Shown: positions 8,705-18,731, numbered from the stretch's first letter. The stretch is DNA of 64,000 bases from Candidatus Woesearchaeota archaeon (GCA_018302805.1 JAGVZD010000003.1:6538-70537), one strand, 5' to 3'. The notes: a model not told the origin generated them from the sequence alone. Numbers and translations: made by a program.

Positions 8705-9541
8705 ATGACAAAAGCAAAAATAGTTACACTAGATGAATACGTAAATGAACACTGGGGCTTAACTCCAGAACAGATGCAAGGAATAGATATTTGTGGATTT
8801 AACCACGGAGACCGACTACTGCCACGAGATGAAAGTAATACGAAAGAGAGAGTCATTTCCTATGGTGATGGTTCATTTGGTTATCACCCGGAGGGACTAC
8901 CCAGTCGAGGGCCAATAGTAAATTTCAGTACTATGCCTCTAGATTATTATTTAGATGCAATTTCACCATCATACTTTCGGAGGAGAGAAGAACTTATCAT
9001 TGAAAGAAGATACGCTATTAATATATTCATTTCTAAAGAACGTTTTACAGAAGATATTTTTGATGATTTTTGCGATGGTCTTAAAGAGGATCTTCCAGTT
9101 GAGATAAAAATGGATGACCCCACTAAAACAGATAATGATTTGAAGCATTATGGTAGAGGAGGTGGGGATGGTGGCGACTTTAGATTTCGTGACCTTGCTT
9201 CTTCCAAAACTTCGGAAACCAATCAACACCATATACACAAAGGCAAAATTAAGCAATATACCTCAGAATTTGGACATAGACACAGACTTGGTTGGATTTA
9301 CCCAAATCAGATTCAAGTATTGTGGGGTGGAAGCGCAGAATCAACTATTGGACTTATTAAATCAGTAGCAAAATTGATAAAAGAAAGAAGATATGAAGCG
9401 CATTTTGATCTCCCTATAGATCAACATGGACTCATGTATACGGGCTTTGGCATAACGGGAGTTTTTTACAAGCCAAAAGAAATGAGGAACAAATTTAAGA
9501 TCACAGAGCAAATCCAAAGGGAAGAATATTACAACTATTAA
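8705..9541 (+). CDS. Island protein 6, unknown function (Gly/His-rich central loop)
   Basis: 278 aa. Preceded by AGAGGTAAATAAGAATG. Central segment GRGGGDGGDFRFRD...NQHHIHKGK. Confidence 0.6.
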   Translation: MTKAKIVTLDEYVNEHWGLTPEQMQGIDICGFNHGDRLLPRDESNTKERVISYGDGSFGYHPEGLPSRGPIVNFSTMPLDYYLDAISPSYFRRREELIIERRYAINIFISKERFTEDIFDDFCDGLKEDLPVEIKMDDPTKTDNDLKHYGRGGGDGGDFRFRDLASSKTSETNQHHIHKGKIKQYTSEFGHRHRLGWIYPNQIQVLWGGSAESTIGLIKSVAKLIKERRYEAHFDLPIDQHGLMYTGFGITGVFYKPKEMRNKFKITEQIQREEYYNY

Positions 9542-9609
9542 GTGTTTTTGCCCATATTGATTCTTAGTCAATGCAAAATATTTAAATACATAAATACAAA
9601 ATAAAATAT

Positions 9610-11040
9610 ATGAATTATAAAGACTTAGGGTTTAAGTGTGGTATCGAAGTTCATCAACGTTTACAATCACATAAGTTATTTTGTAATTGCCCTTCAATTT
9701 TAAGAGATGATACTCCAGATATTACTATAAAAAGAAAACTAAGAGCTGTTGCAGGAGAAACTGGAAATATAGACATTGCAGCAAAACATGCTATGGAAAA
9801 ATCCCAAGAATTTATTTATGAATTCTACACAGATACCAATTGCCTCGTAGAAATTGACGACGAACCTCCACATAAATTAAACGAGGATGCATTAAACATT
9901 GCATTAGAGATTGCCTTACTTTTGAAATGTGAAATAGTTGAAGATATTAATTTTATGAGAAAAACAATAATTGATGGAAGTAATACAACAGGATTCCAGA
10001 GAACTGCCTTAGTAGCAAGAAATGGCTTTATTGAAACTTCTAGAGGGGATGTAAGAATAGAATCAATTTACCTAGAAGAGGAATCAGCAAAGAATGTAAG
10101 AGAATCTATTGATAACAGGACTTGGAGGTTAGACAGATTAGGAATTCCTTTAGTAGAAATACAAACTTATACAGATATTCTTGATGAAAAACATGCAAAA
10201 GAAACAGCTGAGAAAATTGGCATGATTTTGAGAAGCACAGATAAAGTTATGCGTGGGATAGGTAGTATTAGGCAAGATGTTAATGTTTCTATCACAGGAC
10301 ATCCGAGAGTTGAAATAAAAGGATTTCAAGATATCAGATTAATTGAAATTGTAATTAAAAAAGAAGTGGAAAGACAACTAAATTCAATAAATACAAAAAA
10401 GGATCTGCTGGGCCATGTTAGAAATGTAAAACCAGATGGATCAACTGAATTTTTAAGACCTCTTCCAGGAGCATCGAGAATGTATCCAGAAACAGATGTT
10501 CCAATTTTTCTGATTTCCAAACAAAGAATTAAATCATTAATCCTACCAGAAATTATAACAGAAAAAATCTTGAGGTTTGAAAGTCAGTATAAATTAAGTC
10601 CTGAAATTTCTTCTTTAATTGTTAAGGAGAATCCATCGCTTTTTGAAAATTTTGCTAATAAATTTAGAAATCTTGATCCTTCTCTGATTGCAAAAACAAT
10701 GACTTTAACATTAAGCGATTTAAAATCAAGATACAATTTAGAAATTTCCAAGCTGAATGATGAAGACTTGAAAGAATTATTTTCATTGGTAAATTCTAAG
10801 AAAATATATCAAAGTTTAATTAGTCAATACTTAAAAGATAAAATTGAAGGCAATAAAATAGATTTAAGTAATTATAAGGTTATGGATGATATAGAATTAG
10901 AAAAAATGATAATTGAGATAATTAAACAAAATAAAAATTCATCAATAAATGCTTTAATGGGTATAATCATGGATAAAATAAAAGGCAAAGCCAATGGCAA
11001 AAAGGTTATGGAATTGCTCAGAAAACATTATATAAATTGA
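9610..11040 (+). CDS. GatB/GatE-family tRNA-dependent amidotransferase subunit (GatE-like N-terminus, GatB-like length)
   Basis: N-terminus DLGFKCGIEVHQRLQSHKLFCNCPS matches the GatE-type cradle. C-terminus has a YqeY-like tail (GKANGKKVMELLRKH). Length 476 aa. Confidence 0.7.
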   Translation: MNYKDLGFKCGIEVHQRLQSHKLFCNCPSILRDDTPDITIKRKLRAVAGETGNIDIAAKHAMEKSQEFIYEFYTDTNCLVEIDDEPPHKLNEDALNIALEIALLLKCEIVEDINFMRKTIIDGSNTTGFQRTALVARNGFIETSRGDVRIESIYLEEESAKNVRESIDNRTWRLDRLGIPLVEIQTYTDILDEKHAKETAEKIGMILRSTDKVMRGIGSIRQDVNVSITGHPRVEIKGFQDIRLIEIVIKKEVERQLNSINTKKDLLGHVRNVKPDGSTEFLRPLPGASRMYPETDVPIFLISKQRIKSLILPEIITEKILRFESQYKLSPEISSLIVKENPSLFENFANKFRNLDPSLIAKTMTLTLSDLKSRYNLEISKLNDEDLKELFSLVNSKKIYQSLISQYLKDKIEGNKIDLSNYKVMDDIELEKMIIEIIKQNKNSSINALMGIIMDKIKGKANGKKVMELLRKHYIN

Positions 11041-12500
11041 TGAAATATTTTCGAAAACTATTTAAAATACATAATTACTTAGAAAGCCCGATGGATGATA
11101 TAGTTAGATTTGCTCTTAAACAATTAGAAAAAAGTAATGTTCAATATGCAGAAGTCAGATATGTTCATTCTACTAATAATGGTATTATTATTAAAAATCA
11201 AATTCCACAAATAGGTACATTCGAAGAAAATGAAGGAATTGGAATAAGATATTTATTGAATAATGCCATAGGATTTTTATCAATTAATCAGCTGGATAAA
11301 AATAAGATTAAAGAATTACTTGATAGAAGTGTAAGAAAAATTAATACTAATAAAAAAATCAATGAAAAAATTAGCTTAGCTTCTGATAAAACCTATATAG
11401 AAAATTATGAAGTTAAACAGAAAATAAAAATTGCAAATGTTGACTTTTCTGAAAAAACCAAGCTTCTCTTAGATGCAGAAAAAGAAATGCGATCTCAAAA
11501 TGTCAAGATTTCAGGTAGTTATATTGCCCTGGGAGATTCAGTAACAACTCAGTATTTTGAAAATACAGAAGGAACAAAAATAAAAAGTATTATCCCCAAA
11601 ATTTCATTTTGGTACCAAATTGGAATAATAGAAAATAATGAAATAATGCAAAGATATTGGCCTTGGGGTGCTTCAGGAGGCTTTGAAATAGTAAAGAATT
11701 GGGATATCCCAAATATACTTGTTGAAGAAGTTAAAACTATGTCTTTAAATCTAAAAAAAGGTGTTTCTCCTCCAAAAGGGGAAGTAGATCTAGTTGTAGC
11801 CCCACAAGTCGTAGGTATTATGTGTCATGAAAGCGTTGGGCATCCATATGAAGCCGACCGTATCTTAGGAAGAGAGGCAGCTCAAGCAGGAGAAAGTTTT
11901 GTAACAAAAGAATTGTTAAACACAAGAATTGGAAGCGATGCAGTTACTGTTACAGATGATCCAACAATTGAAAACAGCTTTGGATTCTATAAATATGATG
12001 ACGAAGGAGTCAAAGCTAGAAAAAGAATTCTCATAAAAAATGGATTAATCAATGAATTCTTGCAAAACAGAGAAACAGCTTTTAATTTCAATATTAAAAG
12101 TAATGGCAGTGCAAGGGCAACAGATTTTGATAAAGAACCATTAATTAGAATGGGAAATACCATTCTTGAAAAAGGTGATTATAAAGAAGAAGAATTATTT
12201 GAAGATATCAAAAAAGGAGTTTATATCAAAAATTTCATGGAATGGAATATAGATGATAAAAGATTTAATCAGAAATATGTAGGGGCTGATGCTTTTTTGA
12301 TAGAACATGGTAAAATCACTAATCCGGTTATAAAACCAATAATAGAAATTACAACACCAAAGTTATGGAGTTCAGTAGATGCGGCAGCAAACAATATGGA
12401 ATATCATGCTGGAAGCTGCGGAAAAGGAGAACCTATGCAAGCATGTCCTGTTTGGTTCGGTGGCCCTTCCATGCGGATAAGAAAGATAAGATTAGGTTAA
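11037..12500 (+). CDS. tldD: TldD-family metalloprotease
   Basis: Carries CHESVGHPYEADRILGRE, the HExxxH signature of TldD. Length 487 aa. Shares a 4-nt overlap with the upstream gene. Confidence 0.85.
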   Translation: MMKYFRKLFKIHNYLESPMDDIVRFALKQLEKSNVQYAEVRYVHSTNNGIIIKNQIPQIGTFEENEGIGIRYLLNNAIGFLSINQLDKNKIKELLDRSVRKINTNKKINEKISLASDKTYIENYEVKQKIKIANVDFSEKTKLLLDAEKEMRSQNVKISGSYIALGDSVTTQYFENTEGTKIKSIIPKISFWYQIGIIENNEIMQRYWPWGASGGFEIVKNWDIPNILVEEVKTMSLNLKKGVSPPKGEVDLVVAPQVVGIMCHESVGHPYEADRILGREAAQAGESFVTKELLNTRIGSDAVTVTDDPTIENSFGFYKYDDEGVKARKRILIKNGLINEFLQNRETAFNFNIKSNGSARATDFDKEPLIRMGNTILEKGDYKEEELFEDIKKGVYIKNFMEWNIDDKRFNQKYVGADAFLIEHGKITNPVIKPIIEITTPKLWSSVDAAANNMEYHAGSCGKGEPMQACPVWFGGPSMRIRKIRLG

Positions 12501-12501
12501 A

Positions 12502-13830
12502 ATGATAGAAGAGAAAATTCCAATAAAAATTTTGAAGCAACTGAAGAATCAAGCTGATGATACTATTGTAATCTCTAGGTATACTGACTCAAATCAAATA
12601 AAATTCTCCAATAATAAAGTCAGTACAATCCAAAATTGGGTTAACAATTCAATAACAATTTTCGTTGCAAAAAATAAGAAAGTCCTTGCCACAACAATTT
12701 TAGATTTTAGCGAAGCAAGCATAAAAAAATCCTTGAATCTTATTAGTAAAAATTTAGAACTGATGCACCCAAATGGAGATTATATGGGAATAGCAGAAGG
12801 TCCCTTCAAATATAAAAAAATATCTGATTTATATGATAAAAAAATCCTTGAATTTGACTTTAGCGATAAATTAGAATCCGGAATAAACAAAGCTCTTGAA
12901 ATTGGAGCAAAAAGAAATTCAGGTATCTTAGAAACAGCAGAATCCCAACATTTACTCTTGACTTCAAATAATGTTGAAGCCGAAGAAAAATTATCGCAGG
13001 TTCATTTTTCAGTTAGATCTATGTATGATAAAGAGGCAAGTGGGCACATAACTAATAGCTCAAGGACCTTGAAAAATATATATATTGAAAAAAGTTGTGA
13101 AGAATCTGCAGAAATTGCAATTAAATCAAAAAATCCAAAACAAGGAAAAGAAGGAACTTATGATATAATTTTCAGCCCGCTTGCATTTGCGCCCTTACTA
13201 AATAGAATTGGGGATGCAACATCTTATTTTAATGTAGATGCCCGTTTATCATTCTTAATAAATAAATTAAATAAGAAAGTAAGTCAAAGCAATTTAATAT
13301 TGAGGGATGATGCAACTATTCCTAATTGCATAGGATCAAGTAATTTCGATACTGAAGGTGTCCCAACTAAGGATAATATTCTTATAGATAAAGGGATTTT
13401 AAAAACATATTTACATAATACATCAACTGCAAAAAAAGCTAATACAGAAACAACTGCCAACTCTGGAATCATTGCACCTCAACCTTGGAATTTAATTCTT
13501 GATTCTACCAACCCCTTATCTAAAGATAAGCTTTTTAATGAAGTAAAAAATGGATTATATGTTACAAATATATGGTACACTAGATTTCAAAATCAAGAAA
13601 CAGGAGAATTTTCTACTATTCCAAGAGATGGTATTTTTATCATTAAAAATGGGACTATATCAGGATCAATCAAAGGTATAAGAATTAGTGACCTGATGCC
13701 AAATATTTTATCAAATATTAAATATACTGCAACGGATTCAAAGCAAATTAGAAGCTGGGAGGCTGAAATTCCCTGCATATTGCCTCACATTCTAGTAGAA
13801 AAAGTAAATATAACTAAACCCACTGCTTAA
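12502..13830 (+). CDS. pmbA: PmbA/TldE-family protein (TldD partner)
   Basis: 442 aa, starts immediately after tldD. TldD and TldE are usually co-encoded. Confidence 0.7.
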   Translation: MIEEKIPIKILKQLKNQADDTIVISRYTDSNQIKFSNNKVSTIQNWVNNSITIFVAKNKKVLATTILDFSEASIKKSLNLISKNLELMHPNGDYMGIAEGPFKYKKISDLYDKKILEFDFSDKLESGINKALEIGAKRNSGILETAESQHLLLTSNNVEAEEKLSQVHFSVRSMYDKEASGHITNSSRTLKNIYIEKSCEESAEIAIKSKNPKQGKEGTYDIIFSPLAFAPLLNRIGDATSYFNVDARLSFLINKLNKKVSQSNLILRDDATIPNCIGSSNFDTEGVPTKDNILIDKGILKTYLHNTSTAKKANTETTANSGIIAPQPWNLILDSTNPLSKDKLFNEVKNGLYVTNIWYTRFQNQETGEFSTIPRDGIFIIKNGTISGSIKGIRISDLMPNILSNIKYTATDSKQIRSWEAEIPCILPHILVEKVNITKPTA

Positions 13831-14395
13831 GATTTTTTCCGTTGTACATGCTTATTTCAAGGATTATATCTTCAACTTTTTTCAGATTCCATTTTATGGA
13901 ATCATATTTTTTTCGCATCTCACCATTTCTAAAATCAAATAATAACATTTCTCCATAAATTTCATCTATTAATTCCCTTATTTTCATTACCTCATCAATT
14001 TGTTTTCTAATAGCACAATTTACTGCCATTCTTACTAATTCACCAGTAAGATCACATAATCCAAGTAAATATGGTTCAGTTTCTATTTTTAGTTCTTTTC
14101 TTGTCGGGATGACTTTTTTCTTAACAAAGTCCAAGAAGGTAACTGCTTCTACAAATTCTTGCTGCGCTACAGTAACCATTGCAGTGTCATATGAATTGCT
14201 TGATAGATTAGACATTTTCTTTTTTATTTCTTGAGAAAGTTTTTCAGCTTTGGAAATATCATTTCTATGAATTGAATAAATAATCTGTTTAGATATAGTA
14301 ATAATTTCTCTGGATTTTTGAATTGAATCTTCTCTTTCTTCTTCAAATTTCTTTAACTCTTTTCCTATCTCTTTGAACTCTTGTTTATTAATCAC
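13814..14395 (-). CDS. Translin-family protein
   Basis: Carries EPYLLGLCDLTGELVRMAV, which matches the translin/TRAX EYLxGxADLTGELMR motif. Length 193 aa, helical. Confidence 0.6.
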   Translation of the reverse strand: MINKQEFKEIGKELKKFEEEREDSIQKSREIITISKQIIYSIHRNDISKAEKLSQEIKKKMSNLSSNSYDTAMVTVAQQEFVEAVTFLDFVKKKVIPTRKELKIETEPYLLGLCDLTGELVRMAVNCAIRKQIDEVMKIRELIDEIYGEMLLFDFRNGEMRKKYDSIKWNLKKVEDIILEISMYNGKNLKQWV

Positions 14396-14482
14396 AAAGT
14401 TGATATAACTATTACATTTATATTATTTTCTAATACCTAATAGAAAAGAAATCCTAATAAAAATCAAAGACTTATTATAAGA

Positions 14483-15304
14483 ATGCAAAAATTCCAATTA
14501 CGGGAAATAGAAGTAAAATCAATTCTAACAAAAAGTAAACTCCCTGAGACAGATTACGTTATTAATCCTTATATTGGATGTATGCATTCATGTGTTTATT
14601 GCTATGCTGTTTTCATGAAGAGATTTACAAATCACAAAGAACCATGGGGTAGGTTTGTAGATGTTAAAATTAATTCAGTAAAAGTTCTAGAAAAAGAGAT
14701 TAAAACTGCAAAGAAAGGTGTAGTTTTATTGAGTAGTGTCACTGATGCTTATCATCCTATTGAAATAAAATATGAACTTACTAGAGAAATTCTAAAAATA
14801 TTGCTAAAATATCAATTTCCGATAAGTATTTTAACAAAATCTGACTTAGTAACTAGAGATTTGGATATCCTGACACAATTTAAAAACTGTAATGTTGGAT
14901 TTTCTTTTCTGAGCTTTGATAATAGACATAGAAAAGATTTTGAGCCAGTTGCCACTCCTCCACAAAAAAGATTAGAGGCTATGAAGAGATTAAAGGAAAA
15001 TGGAATACAAACATATGCTTTCATCGGACCAATTTTTCCTTTTCTTACAGACCTAACTGCAATGTTTAAAAAGTTTAAGGAACTAAAAACAGATTTTATA
15101 TTTTGTGAAAATTTGAACCATAAAGCCGGAACCTGGCAAGAAATTTCTAAAACTATTAAAACAAAATATCCTGAATTGTCAAAGAAATATGAGGGCATAT
15201 TTTTTGCAAATAACGAATACTGGATTGATGTTGAAAATCAAATTATTAAACTTGCAAATGAGTTTGATATAAAAACAAAAGTTTTCTTTCATCACAATAA
15301 TTAA
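14483..15304 (+). CDS. Radical SAM protein, spore-photoproduct-lyase/DNA-photolyase-like (COG1533-type)
   Basis: Carries the CMHSCVYC CxxxCxxC radical SAM cluster motif near the N-terminus. Length 273 aa. Confidence 0.7.
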   Translation: MQKFQLREIEVKSILTKSKLPETDYVINPYIGCMHSCVYCYAVFMKRFTNHKEPWGRFVDVKINSVKVLEKEIKTAKKGVVLLSSVTDAYHPIEIKYELTREILKILLKYQFPISILTKSDLVTRDLDILTQFKNCNVGFSFLSFDNRHRKDFEPVATPPQKRLEAMKRLKENGIQTYAFIGPIFPFLTDLTAMFKKFKELKTDFIFCENLNHKAGTWQEISKTIKTKYPELSKKYEGIFFANNEYWIDVENQIIKLANEFDIKTKVFFHHNN

Positions 15305-15340
15305 AAAACTTTATAAATAGTAATTTCAAAAATTCTTAGC

Positions 15341-16627
15341 GTGAAAAACAAGACTGGACATTTTAAATTAAAAAAAGAGTTGAATTTGTTTAGTATGACT
15401 CTATACGGAGTTGGTATAATCCTAGGTGCAGGTATATATGCTTTAATCGGTGTTGGTGCAGGAATTGCTGGGAATATGCTTTGGTTCTCATTTATTTTAG
15501 CTGCATTCCTAGCAATATTTTCTGGATTAAGTTATGCCGAGTTATCAGGCATGTTTCCAAAAGAGGCAGCAGAATATAATTACACAAAAAAAGCATTTAA
15601 CAAAGAAACATTAAGTTTTATTGTAGGTTGGATTCTAGTTATAGCCAGTATAATTGCTGCAGCCACAGTGTCCCTTGGATTTGCCGGATACTTCTCTCAT
15701 ATTTTTGGGGGTGGAATAAAATTAATTGCGATTGGCTTAATTATAATTTTATCTTTAATCAATTACATAGGAATTAAGAGCTCAGCAAAATTCAACAATA
15801 TTGCTTCTTTAATTGAGGTATCTGGATTATTACTAGTAGTAGTTATTGGAATATTTTTCTTTAATGATATTGATGTAAATTTCTTTGAAATGCCTCCTGG
15901 TGGGATCCCCGCAATTATAACAACAGTTGCATTAATATTTTTTGCATACATTGGTTTTGAAGACATTGTAAATGTTTCAGAAGAAGTGAAAAATGCAAAG
16001 AAAGTAGTTCCTAAAGCCCTAGTGTATTCCCTTATAATATCAACTGTCTTATACATTCTGGTTTCAACAATCGCTATTGGGGTTGTAGGCTGGGAGAAAT
16101 TAGCTTCTTCCAAGGCTCCATTAACAGAAGTTGTTTCAATGAAAATTCCTCAGGCAGGTGTCCTTATGAGCATCATTGCACTGTTTGCCACTTCTAATAC
16201 AGTATTAATCTTACTTATTGTTGGTTCAAGAGTTTTATATGGGATGTCGAAACAAAAAACCCTTCCTAAATCCTTTGCAAAAATTGGAAGAACTGGAACT
16301 CCTTATATAGGAGTTATTTTAGTTGCCCTAACTACTATTATAGCAGCTTCTTTTGGTAATTTAGGATTTGTGGCTTCTTTAACAGATCTAGGAATATTTA
16401 TTGCATATTTCTTTGTTAATATGTCATTACTAAAGTTAAGATACTCTAAAACAAAATATAAAAGAACATTTAAAAGTCCAAGCATTGGAAATTTCCCAAT
16501 ATTAGCAGTTTTAGGAGCAATTACATGTGTAATTATGTTCTTCTATTTTGAATTAAAAGTTTGGCTAGTTGAAATTGGAGCTCTGTTAGTTGGATTTTTA
16601 ATCTACAAATTCTATAATAAAAAGTAA
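15341..16627 (+). CDS. APC-family amino acid/polyamine permease
   Basis: 428 aa with about 12 TM helices and glycine-rich N-terminal helices (GVGIILGAGIYALIGVGAG). GTG start. Confidence 0.75.
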   Translation: MKNKTGHFKLKKELNLFSMTLYGVGIILGAGIYALIGVGAGIAGNMLWFSFILAAFLAIFSGLSYAELSGMFPKEAAEYNYTKKAFNKETLSFIVGWILVIASIIAAATVSLGFAGYFSHIFGGGIKLIAIGLIIILSLINYIGIKSSAKFNNIASLIEVSGLLLVVVIGIFFFNDIDVNFFEMPPGGIPAIITTVALIFFAYIGFEDIVNVSEEVKNAKKVVPKALVYSLIISTVLYILVSTIAIGVVGWEKLASSKAPLTEVVSMKIPQAGVLMSIIALFATSNTVLILLIVGSRVLYGMSKQKTLPKSFAKIGRTGTPYIGVILVALTTIIAASFGNLGFVASLTDLGIFIAYFFVNMSLLKLRYSKTKYKRTFKSPSIGNFPILAVLGAITCVIMFFYFELKVWLVEIGALLVGFLIYKFYNKK

Positions 16628-17242
16628 TTATTTCTTTTTTCTTTTGTATCTGCCTCTTAAAGAAACTATTCCTAGTCTCTCAACAACCATTTCATAGGTT
16701 TTAGACTTGCTGTAACCAATTAAAACTTCATTGAAAGCTAATTCTGAAATTTTAGAATGCTTACTTTCTAGAGCTTGCTTTAGTACTCGTAAATCTACTG
16801 CCTTGTTTTCAACTTTTTCACTAGTAAATCCTAAACCAAAATCAATTATGAATATTTTGTTATCCCTTAGAATAAAATTAGCAGTTGTTAAGTCACCATG
16901 AATTATATTTCCATCATGTAATTTTGCAATTTCATTTCCAATTTCATTAAATATTTTTTTAATATCTTGCTCATTCAAATTATCAACATAATCTCTAACA
17001 ATTTTTCCATTAATATATTCTAAAACTAACTTAAAATCCTTTTCATCAACTTTATTTACAGATGGAACATTAACACCTAAGCTTATAGCTTTTTGAAGTA
17101 ATTTTGCTTCAATTCTTGTAGGATATTTTCTTTTTTTAATATCAATTTCATTAATTCTATAATTTTTCTTAATTCTATGCTTAATTATTTCATTATTTTC
17201 TAAATAAATTATTGCTTCTGCTCCTTGCTTCAGAATTTTCAT
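16628..17242 (-). CDS. bud32: Bud32/PRPK-type atypical protein kinase (KEOPS subunit)
   Basis: 204 aa. Carries the kinase motifs GAEAIIY, HGDLTTANFIL and IDFGLG. Confidence 0.8.
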   Translation of the reverse strand: MKILKQGAEAIIYLENNEIIKHRIKKNYRINEIDIKKRKYPTRIEAKLLQKAISLGVNVPSVNKVDEKDFKLVLEYINGKIVRDYVDNLNEQDIKKIFNEIGNEIAKLHDGNIIHGDLTTANFILRDNKIFIIDFGLGFTSEKVENKAVDLRVLKQALESKHSKISELAFNEVLIGYSKSKTYEMVVERLGIVSLRGRYKRKKK

Positions 17243-17245
17243 TTT

Positions 17246-17563
17246 TTATATCTGCCCACTATGAATTCTATCTTTAGTATTTTCTACTATATTTTTCAAA
17301 ACTTCTTCACTATTTACATCGAGCATTTCACAAAGACCTAAACAATACACCATTATATCACCAACAGCATCTATAATATCTTCCTTATTATTAATATTTT
17401 TTGCATCTTTCTTATCACTTTTCTTATAGGCTTTTGCTAATTCTCCTAATTCTTCTGTCATTAATATTATTTCCTTGCCAACATCAGTAGTATTAAAATT
17501 CCTATTTACTTTATTTTGGTAAATTTCTTTTTGTAAATTTATTAATTGCATTTTAACCTCCAA
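17246..17563 (-). CDS. MazG-like nucleotide pyrophosphohydrolase domain protein
   Basis: 105 aa. Carries the EELGELAKAY...DAVGDIMVY pattern typical of MazG/NTP-PPase. Confidence 0.6.
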   Translation of the reverse strand: MEVKMQLINLQKEIYQNKVNRNFNTTDVGKEIILMTEELGELAKAYKKSDKKDAKNINNKEDIIDAVGDIMVYCLGLCEMLDVNSEEVLKNIVENTKDRIHSGQI

Positions 17564-17570
17564 GGTTTAA

Positions 17571-18599
17571 TTAAATTATCAAAGATACTTCCTTTCGTTT
17601 TCCTAATAAATTTAGATATAATTTATATTCTTTTTTCTTTAAATCTAGTGCAAGTGACCATAAAGTCTTTATCTTTGGATTATTCTGGCAAACAAATGAT
17701 TTTACATTTCCCAGAATTTTAATTGTATCATCCAATTTAAAATTACTTTTTCTTTTATTTATTTTTTGTAGAGTTTCATAATATCTAAGAAAAGTACTAT
17801 GAGTAGGTATTTCATCTAAAACCAAGTCTTCCTTTGCTAGCTCAAGATCCGTATAATGATTTGTCAGAATTAAAACATCCCTATTTGGATAAACAACTTT
17901 AAATTTTTTTGAAGTATGTTCAATAACTGCCATCTCCCCATCCTTATCAGCGATAAAGAAATTTTTTGGGCAACATAATGGAACCTTTTTAAAAACTTTT
18001 ATTGCTTCATGGGTTGTTGAACAAGTTTCAGCTATAAGCTTAGTCATATGTATGCAAGACAAACCATATGTCCATTTATTATTATAAGCAAATGTTAGGC
18101 CAATAAATAAGCCTTTGTCATTAATCGCGTCATCAACATTATAGAAAGCAAATTGTGGCTTGGCGCCAGCTTCACTACCAATTCCCATATCTGATATGGC
18201 GATAAAGGAGTTTCTTTGGGGATTTGCAAATTTGTAAGCTTCAACAAAATTTTCTGCCTTTGGGATCCAATCATAGTTCCTACCTATAAATATCCCATTT
18301 TTATTTTTTACCCCAAATATTGTGCAAGCTTTATTTAATCTCAGTTTTCTTTTAAACCAAAGAATTTCCCCACAAATAGAATTATATATTAACCTTTCTT
18401 TATCAAAATTACCTCCTTGGGCCATCCCTTCAAGTTCTTCAAGTAATTCTGGATAAAACCTCTTATAAGTTCTTAATTGATTTTGATTAAGCACTTTGTC
18501 AATTTTTGCATTATTAAAGACCATACCATTTCTATAATATATTTGACCTTGTTGCTTTCCAAGTTCAAAAAAATTACCATTAAAAGTTTTAATCTTCAT
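17571..18599 (-). CDS. Peptidase C45 / acyl-CoA:6-APA acyltransferase-like Ntn hydrolase
   Basis: 342 aa. Internal KACTIFG followed by GRNYDW resembles the autoprocessing Gly-Cys site of the C45 family. Confidence 0.5.
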   Translation of the reverse strand: MKIKTFNGNFFELGKQQGQIYYRNGMVFNNAKIDKVLNQNQLRTYKRFYPELLEELEGMAQGGNFDKERLIYNSICGEILWFKRKLRLNKACTIFGVKNKNGIFIGRNYDWIPKAENFVEAYKFANPQRNSFIAISDMGIGSEAGAKPQFAFYNVDDAINDKGLFIGLTFAYNNKWTYGLSCIHMTKLIAETCSTTHEAIKVFKKVPLCCPKNFFIADKDGEMAVIEHTSKKFKVVYPNRDVLILTNHYTDLELAKEDLVLDEIPTHSTFLRYYETLQKINKRKSNFKLDDTIKILGNVKSFVCQNNPKIKTLWSLALDLKKKEYKLYLNLLGKRKEVSLII

Positions 18600-18731
18600 A
18601 TTAAATAATTCATATCCAATCTATATAAAGTTAATGTGAAACTAAACCGCAAAGTAAATATCACCTCAAATTATAAAACAGGATTAACAGCAGATAGAAA
18701 TTATTATAAACATTATTTTTAGTTTATTATT

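Larger units (their letters stand above)
6520..9545 (+). other. Compositionally distinct six-gene operon (candidate horizontally acquired module of unknown function)
   Basis: GC is about 40% against about 28% in the flanks. Genes overlap or abut (6935/6938, 7273/7270, 8184/8181). Every gene has an SD-like site (GAGGT or GGAGG) and the motif GGTAAATAA(A/G)AATG is re-used. Confidence 0.6.

Noticed and set aside
8969-9571. Three small ORFs (8969-9256 on the reverse strand, 9150-9368 on the forward strand, 9362-9571 on the reverse strand) overlapping island gene 6
   Set aside because: They are antisense or out of frame relative to the longer, SD-preceded 278-aa ORF.
14812-16485. Reverse-strand ORFs within the radical-SAM and APC permease genes
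   Set aside because: They are antisense to well-supported genes.
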